NCBI GenBank assembly: GCA_964014485.1
Contig: CAXHAT010000016.1
Span: forward strand, 1 to 59,406
Reading direction: 5' to 3'
DNA length: 59,406 nt
Source: an uncultured Deferribacteres bacterium
GTDB lineage: Bacteria > Zhuqueibacterota > Zhuqueibacteria > Zhuqueibacterales > Geothermadaptataceae
The notes under the pieces are model-generated. The model had not been told where the DNA came from. It ran no database searches and was given only the letters and a program-made list of their open reading frames with translations. Shown one piece after another: positions 17,897 to 28,164 of the stretch. Position 1 is the stretch's first letter. The number at the start of each line of letters is the position of its first letter. The position numbers and the translations under genes are program-made.

Positions 17897-18276
17897 GTTG
17901 TGCAGGATGCACGTATAAAGATGCTCTTTTGTATTCTTGCATCAAGACTTAAACTGGACGTTGATAGGCGAAAAGGAGAATAGCTGTTGAGGAATAATGG
18001 CGAATATTCTGCAAGGATTGTTATCGCTCTATTGCGCATTGAAAGGAGTTCTTTCAGTTTCTCGCTTCACTCCTTTATTTCTTTTCCTGTATTTAAAATC
18101 AGTGAAAACCGCGCTACCATCCTTCCCAATTTCCTTCAGAATTATTTGTTAACGAAACGGCAAAACTTTTTCTGTAATCACTGCTCTTAGCCTGTACAGC
18201 TTGTCTTTAAGGGCTTAATGGGCGCAGGAGTGCGCTCAAAGCAAGTCTTCATGCAAAAACTGGGGCACGGAAAAAC

Positions 18277-19881
18277 ATGTTAAACTTATGGAGACGTCTC
18301 ATGGATCGTGATGTCGCAGCGAAACTACTCGCCTTGATGATCTTGTTCGTTACGTTCCTGGCGATTCCGGCTATTGGACAGGAAGTGCAACCGCCGGAAC
18401 AATCGACGACGCAGAATCCCCAAACTGCCGCAGCTTCTCTTTCCCAACCTCAAGAAAAAATTGACTTCGAGGATTTCGGATCATTGTGGAAGCTAACCGA
18501 ATTAGGCGGCGGCATTCGTTGGGCGATTTTCTTCGTCTTCGGCTTGGCCATCCTTTTTATCGTTAATAAACTCTACGAAATTTGGCGGGACGCGATTCGT
18601 TCCAAGAAGCTGGAAAACATCAACTTTGATGAAGCCAGCCTGGAAGCTGTACGCGATCTCCGCAAAGCATCGAAGAAAAGCTTGCTTTCAGAACTTTTGA
18701 GCAAGCAATTTGATGTATATAAGAACACCCAAAAGCCTGAAATTCTCCACGAAGAACTCAACGCTTTTGTCACGCTGCAACAAGAGAATTTCAATCGCTT
18801 TAAGAATCGAATGAACTTTCTTTCCGACACGGCCGGCGCTCTGGGGCTGCTCGGAACTGTCTATGGGATGTTCATTACTTTCTACGGCGGCGACTTGGAC
18901 ACGCAGCGCATTCTCAACGGCATGGGCGTCGCTCTGATTACGACGCTTCTTGGCTTGGTTGTGAGTATTGTGATCAATTTCGCAAGTACGGAAGTTTCAA
19001 ACTTCTTCAGTCGCAGACTTTCCCGTATTTTCACCATCGCCGATTTTATCAGAATGCGATTCTTCGCCAATGTCGAAGATTCTTCGACCTATGAAACGGC
19101 TGTTGCAAACGGGGCAACCGCAAAGTCACTTCCCGGCAGAGCGGAACCTATCGATTTGCGCCTTAAAAGCGTGACCAAATTGGTGCAATCAGCTCCAGTC
19201 GGAAAACACCTTTCAAAGCCTTTCACGGTTCAAACAATCAACAAATTCGGCGTGCCGATTTCCGGCGCTGAAGTGGTTTTTGAAGTTCAAGGCTCTGGAG
19301 GTCTCTTCGCTGACAACCAGAAAAGCATTAAGATCATTTCTAATAAAAAGGGGCATGCAGAGGCTACTTTTCTCCTCAGTCCTGACGTTGGTAAAAGAAC
19401 CGTCGTTGCTCACGCCGCCAAAAATCCGAAAAGTGAAATCGTCTTTCAGGTTCATGGCATTGCCGGGCCTCCCGCTAAACTCGATCATGAAGAAGGCAAC
19501 CACCAAACAGCGAAAGTCAATCAGGCGTTGAATCGACCGTTTGTCATTTCGTTAAGCGACGCTTTTGGCAACCCAATTAGCGATAAAAAGATTGCTTTTA
19601 CGATTGTTCAGGGAGATGGCCAATTTGCCAATCTGGACAACAATGAAGTTGACGACACGAATGGACACAGCCAGGGCTTGAAAAGCGTGTTCAAAAAGAA
19701 AAACGCTCACAACGAAAATGTATTTGAGGTTGAAACGGATGATTTTGGCCGTGCGGAAGCGCAATTGATTCTTGGGCCGGATCCCGGCGTTAACCAGGTT
19801 TCAGCGGTTGCTCGCAGCCTGCCGAAATCACCGGTTACTTTTGAAGCCATGGGGCAAGCCGAGGAGGCGGTTCACGTATGA
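18277..19881 (+). CDS. MotA/TolQ/ExbB proton-channel protein fused to two C-terminal Big_1-like Ig domains
   Basis: Signal peptide and 3 TM with GALGLLGTVYG and GVALITTLLGL. C-terminal repeats Q.A.V...L..PF.V...FG.PIS...F.V..G.G and TDDFGRAEAQLILG. Confidence 0.88.
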   Translation: MLNLWRRLMDRDVAAKLLALMILFVTFLAIPAIGQEVQPPEQSTTQNPQTAAASLSQPQEKIDFEDFGSLWKLTELGGGIRWAIFFVFGLAILFIVNKLYEIWRDAIRSKKLENINFDEASLEAVRDLRKASKKSLLSELLSKQFDVYKNTQKPEILHEELNAFVTLQQENFNRFKNRMNFLSDTAGALGLLGTVYGMFITFYGGDLDTQRILNGMGVALITTLLGLVVSIVINFASTEVSNFFSRRLSRIFTIADFIRMRFFANVEDSSTYETAVANGATAKSLPGRAEPIDLRLKSVTKLVQSAPVGKHLSKPFTVQTINKFGVPISGAEVVFEVQGSGGLFADNQKSIKIISNKKGHAEATFLLSPDVGKRTVVAHAAKNPKSEIVFQVHGIAGPPAKLDHEEGNHQTAKVNQALNRPFVISLSDAFGNPISDKKIAFTIVQGDGQFANLDNNEVDDTNGHSQGLKSVFKKKNAHNENVFEVETDDFGRAEAQLILGPDPGVNQVSAVARSLPKSPVTFEAMGQAEEAVHV

Positions 19882-20288
19882 GCAGGGGCGGAATGATGAT
19901 TCGTTTGATCGACGTCGTCTTTATTCTGCTCTTTGGGTTCATCGCGATCTCCGAAGTTACCGACCGCAGTAAGATAGAATTGCCAAAAAGCGAAAATACG
20001 CCAAAGACGCCGCCGGATCGAGAAAAGCTTTTGATTGTCGGCGTCGCGGATGACGGTTCATACCTCGTCGATAATGAGATGGTTCGGCTCACCAGTCCCA
20101 AGGAGCTGTACAATTATCTCGCGACTAAAAAAGAAAAAGCTGGCGGGGATGCTGCCGGACTCTTGGTTCGGGTGCGCCCCAACTGGAATACGCCAATAAA
20201 ATACACGATGTTGGTCGCTTCCATTTGCGACAAACTGAACATCGTTAAAGGCATGGATGTTAAGCGGACAGGACGTTCCGGGATATAA
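19878..20288 (+). CDS. ExbD/TolR-family protein 1
   Basis: TM segment RLIDVVFILLFGF with the conserved Asp; IELP; ATGA overlap with exbB. Confidence 0.85.
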   Translation: MSRGGMMIRLIDVVFILLFGFIAISEVTDRSKIELPKSENTPKTPPDREKLLIVGVADDGSYLVDNEMVRLTSPKELYNYLATKKEKAGGDAAGLLVRVRPNWNTPIKYTMLVASICDKLNIVKGMDVKRTGRSGI

Positions 20289-20293
20289 TTGTT

Positions 20294-20704
20294 ATGACGC
20301 AAGGCGGAATTATCATCAGATTGATCGATATCGCATTGATCATATTGTTCGGGTTTATCGCGATCAGCGACGTCAACGTTAAAGCGCAAATCAAGCTGCC
20401 GACCCCGATCAAACAGAAAGCTAAAGAAAGTCGCAATCTTTTCCTGATTGTTGAAGTCAAGAACGAAGGCGTTTTTGAACTGGTTGAAGACAAGGAAAGA
20501 TATCGGCTGGAAACGCTTGAGGAATTGGAGCTGAAACTCGTCGAGCTTCGAAACAAGTATTCAGACGAAAAGTTTTCTCTCTACGTCCTCATCAAGCCGG
20601 AAGAAGAGTCCATCGTTCAGCTAACCGTGAGCGTTATGGATCTTTGCACACGACTGGAGCTCCCCAAAAACATAGCGTACAACTATGACGACCTTAACTT
20701 CTAA
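20294..20704 (+). CDS. ExbD/TolR-family protein 2
   Basis: TM segment RLIDIALIILFGF with Asp; IKLP; VSVMDLC. Confidence 0.85.
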   Translation: MTQGGIIIRLIDIALIILFGFIAISDVNVKAQIKLPTPIKQKAKESRNLFLIVEVKNEGVFELVEDKERYRLETLEELELKLVELRNKYSDEKFSLYVLIKPEEESIVQLTVSVMDLCTRLELPKNIAYNYDDLNF

Positions 20705-21758
20705 AAAAGATCGCCTCCGCCAGACTGCGGCGAGCTGGAGCATTACACTCTTGCTCCTGTTATTCTTCTATGTCTTTCTGCGTTTTTTTACGCTGCCGAA
20801 CGACACGGTGGAAGCAAAAGAATATGAGCTTTTGCCCATCGATATTGTTGACATTGAGACGCTGCAAAATCAGGAACAGGCGATTCCGGAACCCAAACCT
20901 GACGTTTCGAAAGTAGATGAGGTGGAAAAGCACAAAACGGTTCAGGAAGAAGAGCCTGAGCCCGAAGCTGATGATGAATTGGTCAAAATGTTTGAAAGCT
21001 CTCTTGCCAGCCAACCTGCTGAGCGCGAGATCGCGCCAGTGTTGGTGAGCACGCAGCAAAATGACGAGAGTATGCAAATAACGGCGTTGCAATCAAGTCT
21101 GAATGCGTTGAGCGCAATAGAATCGTCGGAAACGCCGAATACGCTGGATTTGCCAAGTTTTCCGAATTTGCAAAAAAACCCGACTTCGGCGATTGAAGTT
21201 TCCCTTTCAGAGTCGAACGCCGTTGAGGTGCACGAGAGTCGCAGTAACAATTTGCCGAAAAAACGCAAAAGCCTCGTGAAGCAAAATCCCGTGGCGGAAA
21301 AAGTTGACGTCCCGCTCAAAAAAGCGGACGACTTGGGCAACGATTTTGAAAACTTAAAACCGATATATAAAGCGCTGGTTGAGTGGATGAAAAAAAATCC
21401 GCGCGAACTTAGCAACGTCGTCAGGACGTTTATGGGTTACAAAGCCGGTGATTTAACCTCAAAAGTCGATATCACGCTTTCTGGAACTCCTTGCGAAATC
21501 TTCTTGATCGTTAACGAAGAGCAGTATGAAGTTCGCGTATGTATCGTACAAAACAATGAAGCGACTTTGTTGATCGACAAAGGATTTCGACAACAGAGTA
21601 ATTATTTTCGGATAGGTTCTGTGGTTCGCGCTGCGGAACGGAGAATCGCGAGTTTTGGCACCTCGCAAGAATCCGCTTCCGCTGAAAAGACGACGCAGTT
21701 TTACAGAATCTTCCTTTCATGGTGGGAACAGGTGAATAAAGATGATCAGGACGAATAG
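20685..21758 (+). CDS. TonB/TolA-like energy transducer candidate (N-terminal TM, acidic/Pro linker, unrecognised C-terminal domain)
   Basis: Single TM near the N-terminus; PEPKP and EEEPEPE linker; located directly after exbDD. Confidence 0.6.
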   Translation: MTTLTSKKDRLRQTAASWSITLLLLLFFYVFLRFFTLPNDTVEAKEYELLPIDIVDIETLQNQEQAIPEPKPDVSKVDEVEKHKTVQEEEPEPEADDELVKMFESSLASQPAEREIAPVLVSTQQNDESMQITALQSSLNALSAIESSETPNTLDLPSFPNLQKNPTSAIEVSLSESNAVEVHESRSNNLPKKRKSLVKQNPVAEKVDVPLKKADDLGNDFENLKPIYKALVEWMKKNPRELSNVVRTFMGYKAGDLTSKVDITLSGTPCEIFLIVNEEQYEVRVCIVQNNEATLLIDKGFRQQSNYFRIGSVVRAAERRIASFGTSQESASAEKTTQFYRIFLSWWEQVNKDDQDE

Positions 21759-23286
21759 ATTCTTGGGGCTGCTGCTTGCGGTCGCCCTTTATGGTTTTTT
21801 ATATAGCTGCGCCGGGGGCGGCGGATCAGCTAAAATGAGAAAATTTGACGTTCCTCCAGGTGTGGACAGTACGGTTGCGCGCCAGGCGGACTCGGTCAAG
21901 ATTTTCCTTTTTGCCGAGCCAAAAACGGAAAAAGAAATCAACAAGCTGAAGGAAAAAGCGCGAGAGCGTTTTCAGCGGAGTGATTCGCTCTGGGCGAGAA
22001 TCGCTGAGCGAACCGCAATTTCTCAGCTTGATTCCAACGAAGCGCAAAAGCATGTTGGCAAAGGCAAAGAAGCCCTGAAAGAAATTGCTAGCCATAACGA
22101 TAAGGGCCAAGCGAAGCGCTTAGACCCGGAAACCAACAAGAAGATCGCCCGCTTGCTCGATGAAGCGATCGCCGCTTTTGAGAAAGCGATTTTGTTGAAT
22201 CCGTACGATCTGGATGCAAAAAGCTGGCTCGCACGCGTCTACCGTGTAAAGGCGGATCGTTTACAAAACGAGAAGGATTATGAAAACGCGGCTCGTGTGT
22301 TAGAAGACTTCGTCAAAATTGACAAAAGTCAGCACGACGCTTACTACCGGCTGGGCCAGAATTATTTCCGGATCAGAGCGTGGAAAGCGGCCTATGATTC
22401 GTTTATTGAAGCCGAAAACGTTTTGAAGCAAACCGCTTTCGTAAAAGTAGAAAATCCAGGCGCGACGATGCGCGAACTCGAAGATGCGCCGGTCGACACC
22501 TCGGATTTGTTTTTCTATCGTTACTATCAAGGCGTTACGCAGGCGCGTTTGTATCATGCCGAAAAGTCTCTCGCCATTTTGGCCACTGCGGAAACTCTCG
22601 CGAGTAACGCGGAACAAGCCAAGAGCGTGACTGATTTTATCGATTGGATCAATTGGGACGACGGCAACATCCGCGCTTCCGAAATCCGGGACTCGCTTGT
22701 GGTCTTGCAAAATCGCGAGCAGTTTTCAGGCGCGGCTTCCGGTTTTCTCAGGTTGGTCAAATTCTTGAAAACGCAGCGTGCTCAAGACGAAATCGAATGG
22801 CGCGCTAGCGTGATCGAATATGAAAAGCTGAACAAAAAAGACAATGCTGTCGAACGATTGCAAAAGCTTGCTGCTCGCAGCGGAAAAGCGGGCAACGGCG
22901 CCGTTGCGGACAGTTCCTATCAAAAATATTTTGAGCACTATGCTACGATGTGTTATAACCTTGGCGCTGAAAACGGCGCTGCGCGCAAGTGGCAGACGGC
23001 TTACTCTTACTTTTTGCAAGCGACCAAGATTCCCTGGAAAGGTCGCGCCAAGAGCCACATTGAAATCGCCAAGATTGTGCAAAATAAGCCGGACATGGTG
23101 ATTGAACACGCCCTCGAAGCTCAAAAAGACGAATCATCGCTTTCGTTTGAAGAACGCAAACAGCTTTATCAATTGCTTTCTCTCGCTTACCTGAAGAAGG
23201 GCAAGTCGGAAGAAGCCCGAAAGACAAGAAAGCAATGGCTCGAACTGCAAAAGGAGAATCACCGCAATGCATCTTCACAAATATAG
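21742..23286 (+). CDS. TPR lipoprotein
   Basis: Lipobox FLYS-C; TPR-like units (AIAAFEKAILLNP, AYYRLGQNY). Confidence 0.8.
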   Translation: MIRTNRFLGLLLAVALYGFLYSCAGGGGSAKMRKFDVPPGVDSTVARQADSVKIFLFAEPKTEKEINKLKEKARERFQRSDSLWARIAERTAISQLDSNEAQKHVGKGKEALKEIASHNDKGQAKRLDPETNKKIARLLDEAIAAFEKAILLNPYDLDAKSWLARVYRVKADRLQNEKDYENAARVLEDFVKIDKSQHDAYYRLGQNYFRIRAWKAAYDSFIEAENVLKQTAFVKVENPGATMRELEDAPVDTSDLFFYRYYQGVTQARLYHAEKSLAILATAETLASNAEQAKSVTDFIDWINWDDGNIRASEIRDSLVVLQNREQFSGAASGFLRLVKFLKTQRAQDEIEWRASVIEYEKLNKKDNAVERLQKLAARSGKAGNGAVADSSYQKYFEHYATMCYNLGAENGAARKWQTAYSYFLQATKIPWKGRAKSHIEIAKIVQNKPDMVIEHALEAQKDESSLSFEERKQLYQLLSLAYLKKGKSEEARKTRKQWLELQKENHRNASSQI

Positions 23287-23881
23287 ATTGAATTTGACAA
23301 TTCTCGGCTGCCTGCTTTGGGCGGGCGCAGTTTCCGCGCAGAACATGCCGAGCAAAGTCTCTGTTGAGCGCGTGCATGTGCCGAAAGTTACTCTGACCGA
23401 TACGTCGCTGATTAAATTCTTTGTTCAGGAGTTTTTTATCGACGAAACGCAAGTTGATAAGATTGACATTATCGATGCGACCGGCAACGGCTTCGGCGAC
23501 AAAGACCTTGCGATAACTTATCCCTCGCGTGAAATATATTTCGTTTTTCCTTCAGACACCGCCCAAACGATTATGAACAACTGGCGTTTCACCGCCAACT
23601 TTCAAATTGTTGGCGGCACGGAAAAATCTGAATTTTATGAAAACGCCGAATCCCGCCGTGCGGAAAACGGCATTTTCGCCGCCCTCTTGCGCGGACTTAC
23701 CCGCAATTACAAAGGCGACCCGATGAAAATCAGATTTGAAAAGAAGGACGGCAGCATCGTTTTCGAAATGTGGGGGTATGACGAAGAAAAGCTACAGTAC
23801 TCGCCGCGCGAATTACCAGGCGGTCGAGACGCGATGTTCATTTATACAACCGTAAGCGATACGCTCTATACTGGAAAATAA
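23267..23881 (+). CDS. Hypothetical exported protein
   Basis: Signal peptide ..AVSA-Q; overlaps the upstream stop codon. Confidence 0.75.
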   Translation: MHLHKYRLNLTILGCLLWAGAVSAQNMPSKVSVERVHVPKVTLTDTSLIKFFVQEFFIDETQVDKIDIIDATGNGFGDKDLAITYPSREIYFVFPSDTAQTIMNNWRFTANFQIVGGTEKSEFYENAESRRAENGIFAALLRGLTRNYKGDPMKIRFEKKDGSIVFEMWGYDEEKLQYSPRELPGGRDAMFIYTTVSDTLYTGK

Positions 23882-24183
23882 ATAAAGCCGACAGTCTTGT
23901 CGGCTCAAGCTGCGCATGCCCAGGACGGGTAGTGCCAGGCTGCATATTTTGTTGGACGCAACATAGATAAACTCCTCGCCGACGCCAACTTTATGCTCCA
24001 ATACGGCTGGACGGAAAATTGAATTTTGCATCGTTCCCGGGCAATCGGGAATGGCGAAACATACACTTGCTGACAGCCTTTACAGTCCGTTACTCGCGAT
24101 CATCGAGATTTTCGAAGATCGTTAGAAGTTGCAATCTTCTGTTGGTACGTTTTTAATACATAAGACTTTAGGAGTGAAGTCTG

Positions 24184-26388
24184 ATGATGCAGCGACGCGT
24201 AAAAAATTTCTTTAAAAGCGCCATTTTTGCATCGGCGTTTCTTCTCACGGCAACGGCTTTTGCTGAAACAGAGGGCGAACCCGAATTCGTCTTGCAAGAG
24301 CCCGCTTGCACCGATTCCATTCACATTGTCATTTCCGCCGACACCATCCGCGCGGGCGTGGAAAGCTTCTGGGTCGATATCTACGTCGGTTCAGAGACCA
24401 TGCCGGTGGACAGTTTGTTTGGCGTTAGCTTTGAATTAAACTTCAATTTCGCCGATTACTTGCGTCTGGCCGGACTGGAGAAAGAAAGTCTGTTTCCCGG
24501 CCCGCTCTTGGGCGATGAACAAGATTTGGCCTGGCTGGCCGTACCAGATTTTCCGAACGGCGTGATCCGCACCGGCGTTACGCGAAAATCCGAGGCTGGG
24601 AACACCGAAGGACACGGTTTGCTGTTCCGGATGAACTTTTTCCCGACCAGCGACATGCCGGATTTTTCCGAAGTCGAATTTTCCCTTTCAAATATCGCCT
24701 GGCGCGACGCAAACGGCGACACGCTCTACTTTTGCCATGACGTTCAGAAAACGCTCATTCTTCGACCGAAAGATTTTACACTTACGGTCACGCCCGACTC
24801 AACGCGAATCGGCAAAGGCGAGCAGACGCAATATGAAATCAATCTGGAACCGATTGGCGGCTTTGCACGGGAAGTCAATCTTGGTCTGGTCGAAAATCAC
24901 CTTGGCGTGAGCGCAGAATTTTCCAGCCCTACCATTTCGCCCGACACGAGCCCGGTATTTTTGAACCTGGCTACGAACGGGCAAAGCAGCGAAGGCGTCT
25001 ATCCGATCACGGTCACTGCAGCCGTCGATACATTTTTTCAGCAAGATGCAACGATTCTCGCAATTTACGAAATCCCGTTATTCCCAAGCTCGGCTTCATC
25101 GGAGTATATGTCGGGGGCGGAATTTACCATCGACCTGGAAATCGGCGGAATCGATCGGGAAGTTGTTGACTTGAAACGGCTGGCATTTACGCTGCAATAC
25201 TCGGATCCGCAGTACATACAACCGGCAACGGAAGCCGCTGATTTTGTGAGCGCCGGAGAATTTGTCGGACGGCGTGATGACATTACGGTTGAACGTTCGG
25301 ACAATGAAGGCTTGGTTTCGCTCGACTTTGATTTGCCGAGCGGCGTTTCCGGGCTTGGCTCGCTGGCGCACCTGCGTTTTACAAGTGTTATTGAAACGCC
25401 GGACGGGCGTGACGTTAACTTTGCGTTAAGCGATATTTCTGCATTTAACTCGAAAGGGGATACAATATTCCTGAGGCCTGAAGCATTTTCTGTGACCATT
25501 CTTGAACAGATCGATTTTGTTTTGCATATCAACCCGACTGACACGAGCGTTTTGGCCGGGAATGCCGCGCAATATGAAATCAGCCTCACTGGAAGCCGGT
25601 CTTTTGATACTGACGTCCCGCTGAGAATTTTGGGACTTCCGACCGAATTTCTACCAGATTTACAACCAAACTTTGTTTCCCGTACTTCTCCTGCGCTGTT
25701 GACAATTCCAACGGATACGTCGACGGCTGAAGGAGAATATCCGTTCACCGTTCAGGGACAAGCGGACGATATAGAACGCGAAGTCGCAGGGCTTTTGCGC
25801 GTTGTTCCGGCAGCGCTGTTTACCTTGCAGATTTCACCTGAACGACGCGATATATTTCCGGGAGACTCCGCACTTTTTGTAGTTTCGGTGCTCGATGCGG
25901 AACACCTGGACGTTCCCGTCGAACTCGAGTTTGTTGGCTTTGAAGGGTTAGCTTGGGCTGTTCCCCAACTTTCACCGCAAAGGATTGCACCGGAATCGCC
26001 TGCCGAATTGATATTGTCCACGTCGAACCAGGCACGGGTCGGACAATACTCCTTTCGCGTTATTGGCAGGAGTGGGAACTCCACGCGTGATGCAAGCGCC
26101 GAGGTTCATATCCTCGAGCCGCCGCCGCGCGTGCGCCCAAATCCGTTTACGCCAAATAACGACGGTTTCAATGATCATGTGATTTTCGATTTTGACGAAC
26201 TAAGAACCGGCGGCGGAGAAATCATTATTTTCGACGTCAACGGAAGAAAAGTAAAGCAGCTCTCCGGAGCGCAGCGTTGGGACGGGACGGACAACAATGG
26301 AAAAGACTTAAAACCCGGCGCCTACCTTTATGTTGTCAGATTTGGTGAAGACACGCTAGATAAAGGCGTTATCGGTCTGGCAAGATAA
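24184..26388 (+). CDS. T9SS type B (gliding-motility/CHU_C) CTD protein with cohesin-like and Ig-like repeats
   Basis: Signal peptide; C-terminal PNPFTPNNDGFND..IFDVNG..WDG..GAYLY; two cohesin-like segments; three F.L.[VI].P Ig repeats. Confidence 0.82.
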   Translation: MMQRRVKNFFKSAIFASAFLLTATAFAETEGEPEFVLQEPACTDSIHIVISADTIRAGVESFWVDIYVGSETMPVDSLFGVSFELNFNFADYLRLAGLEKESLFPGPLLGDEQDLAWLAVPDFPNGVIRTGVTRKSEAGNTEGHGLLFRMNFFPTSDMPDFSEVEFSLSNIAWRDANGDTLYFCHDVQKTLILRPKDFTLTVTPDSTRIGKGEQTQYEINLEPIGGFAREVNLGLVENHLGVSAEFSSPTISPDTSPVFLNLATNGQSSEGVYPITVTAAVDTFFQQDATILAIYEIPLFPSSASSEYMSGAEFTIDLEIGGIDREVVDLKRLAFTLQYSDPQYIQPATEAADFVSAGEFVGRRDDITVERSDNEGLVSLDFDLPSGVSGLGSLAHLRFTSVIETPDGRDVNFALSDISAFNSKGDTIFLRPEAFSVTILEQIDFVLHINPTDTSVLAGNAAQYEISLTGSRSFDTDVPLRILGLPTEFLPDLQPNFVSRTSPALLTIPTDTSTAEGEYPFTVQGQADDIEREVAGLLRVVPAALFTLQISPERRDIFPGDSALFVVSVLDAEHLDVPVELEFVGFEGLAWAVPQLSPQRIAPESPAELILSTSNQARVGQYSFRVIGRSGNSTRDASAEVHILEPPPRVRPNPFTPNNDGFNDHVIFDFDELRTGGGEIIIFDVNGRKVKQLSGAQRWDGTDNNGKDLKPGAYLYVVRFGEDTLDKGVIGLAR

Positions 26389-26438
26389 TTGTTTTAAGCA
26401 GTTCCATTCCTGTCCAACTCAAAGCATCTCAACGCACT

Positions 26439-28160
26439 ATGAAAACGAATATTCGAAATACATTTGGGACGTTATGTCTCATTCTCGCTGGCTTTGCGCC
26501 GCGGTCGTCCGAAGCGCAAACCTATCAGGAAGCCAGCCCGGTTGATCTTTACGAATCGCAAATTGCGTTCATCAATCCTGCGGCAATTGCGTTTCAGGAC
26601 GCTCAATTCGTTGTTGGTTCGCGAATTCTGCACTACGGATTCGTCTCGAACAATTCAGACGGTTTGAGCAACAGTTTTATGAACGTTTCTTTTCCTTCGC
26701 TGACGCCTTTAAACATCGGAGCCGGACTGATCGCTTCGAACTTGAAAGCGTCGATTTACAGCGAAAACCGGTTGAACCTGATTACATCTTTGAAATTTGA
26801 TGACAAAATCGGCGTCGGCGTACAAGTCGGACTCTACTCAAGATCATTCGATCTGAGCGGAGCTGTCATTGTCGATCCAGGCGATCCGATTCTTGAAGAC
26901 GGCGCGTCAAAGTTGCTCTTTAACATGGGCGCGGGCGTTTTCTACCAAGTCAACGATCAGCTCCAGCTCGGTCTTGGCGTGGAAAATATCAATCGTCCGG
27001 ACATTTCTCTTGAAAATTTAAGCATTCGCCAAAACAGCGTTATGAACATCGCCGCCAATTACAATTTCAAAAACTGGGGAGAAGCCAGTCTCGGTTATCT
27101 CTGGAATGGCGACAGGTTTCTGCCCATGCTTGGCCTCACGACTTCAGTTCAAGGCATTGGCGCGCTTAAATTCGGTTTGCTCACCGGCAATTTTGATGTT
27201 GGCACGCAGTTGCACATAACTGAGAAGATCAGCTTTGATTATCGGTACAGCATGCCGATTTCTGATATAAATTCGTACAGCAACGGCTCGCACCGCGTCA
27301 GCTTCGCCTATCGTTTTGGCGACATTCCGACGGTTGACTTTGAAATTAGCGCGTCGGAAGATTCTCTGCGAATCGTTGAGAGAAAACTTGCTCAACGTTT
27401 TGAAGACGGGCTTGGGCCGGATGCGACCGGGAGCTTCGATTTGATGCGCGGTTTGAAGGACGCGTTGGACCCGATCAATCACTATTATCGATTTACGCCT
27501 TTCGCCGATCCGCGCACGGTAACGGAAGCTGATGTTGAATCTTATGTAAGAGCTTTTGGTTATGTGATCGAGCCGCTTGCGGAAAAGCTGGCTGCAAACG
27601 CGACGATGCGCGCGCGAATCATTGCATCCAAAAACAAGACGCACGTCGCCAAAGCCTTGTGCGGCTATTTGAGCGAAAAGTATGGCGTCGCGCAGCATCG
27701 TCTGGAGTACGGTTTTATTGAAAACAAAACACACGCCTTACTGCACAACGGAACAAATGGAGACGCTCATGAAAAAAACGTGACTACACAGCCGAATGAA
27801 ATGACCATGTTTTCCATCACGCCGATCATCAAGCGGAAATACAACCGTATGAATGGAATCAAGTCATGGAAATTCATCATTGAGAATAGCCGCGGCGAGC
27901 CGGTGCGTGTATTTCAGGGCAAGGAAGCGCCTCCGGAGAAGCTGTTTTGGGACTGGACTGGATCGGACGGAAAGACCGTCGGCGTTGGCAAGTACGGCTA
28001 TTATTTGCAATGGCAGAGCAAGGGAAGCAGCGTTCAAAAATCAAGGAAGAATTTTGTACACGTTTCCAAATTTGTTCGAGAAATCGACGTTTTGTTTTCA
28101 AGAAAAATCTTAATTCAAGAGGCAGAGCCTCAGAGAGTGGACTTGCATCTGGGCATATAA
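26439..28160 (+). CDS. PorP/SprF-family T9SS outer-membrane beta-barrel with a ~280-aa C-terminal extension
   Basis: Motifs NPAA, DPGDP, NINRPDIS and GSHRVSFAYRFG; adjacent to the type B CTD gene. Confidence 0.82.
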   Translation: MKTNIRNTFGTLCLILAGFAPRSSEAQTYQEASPVDLYESQIAFINPAAIAFQDAQFVVGSRILHYGFVSNNSDGLSNSFMNVSFPSLTPLNIGAGLIASNLKASIYSENRLNLITSLKFDDKIGVGVQVGLYSRSFDLSGAVIVDPGDPILEDGASKLLFNMGAGVFYQVNDQLQLGLGVENINRPDISLENLSIRQNSVMNIAANYNFKNWGEASLGYLWNGDRFLPMLGLTTSVQGIGALKFGLLTGNFDVGTQLHITEKISFDYRYSMPISDINSYSNGSHRVSFAYRFGDIPTVDFEISASEDSLRIVERKLAQRFEDGLGPDATGSFDLMRGLKDALDPINHYYRFTPFADPRTVTEADVESYVRAFGYVIEPLAEKLAANATMRARIIASKNKTHVAKALCGYLSEKYGVAQHRLEYGFIENKTHALLHNGTNGDAHEKNVTTQPNEMTMFSITPIIKRKYNRMNGIKSWKFIIENSRGEPVRVFQGKEAPPEKLFWDWTGSDGKTVGVGKYGYYLQWQSKGSSVQKSRKNFVHVSKFVREIDVLFSRKILIQEAEPQRVDLHLGI

Positions 28161-28164
28161 GGCC

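Noticed and set aside
18277..21758. Zorya (ZorAB) or flagellar MotAB stator
   Set aside because: The partner subunits are short ExbD-type proteins without an OmpA domain, no ZorC/D/E is adjacent, and the SNF2 gene is 15 kb away in a different unit.
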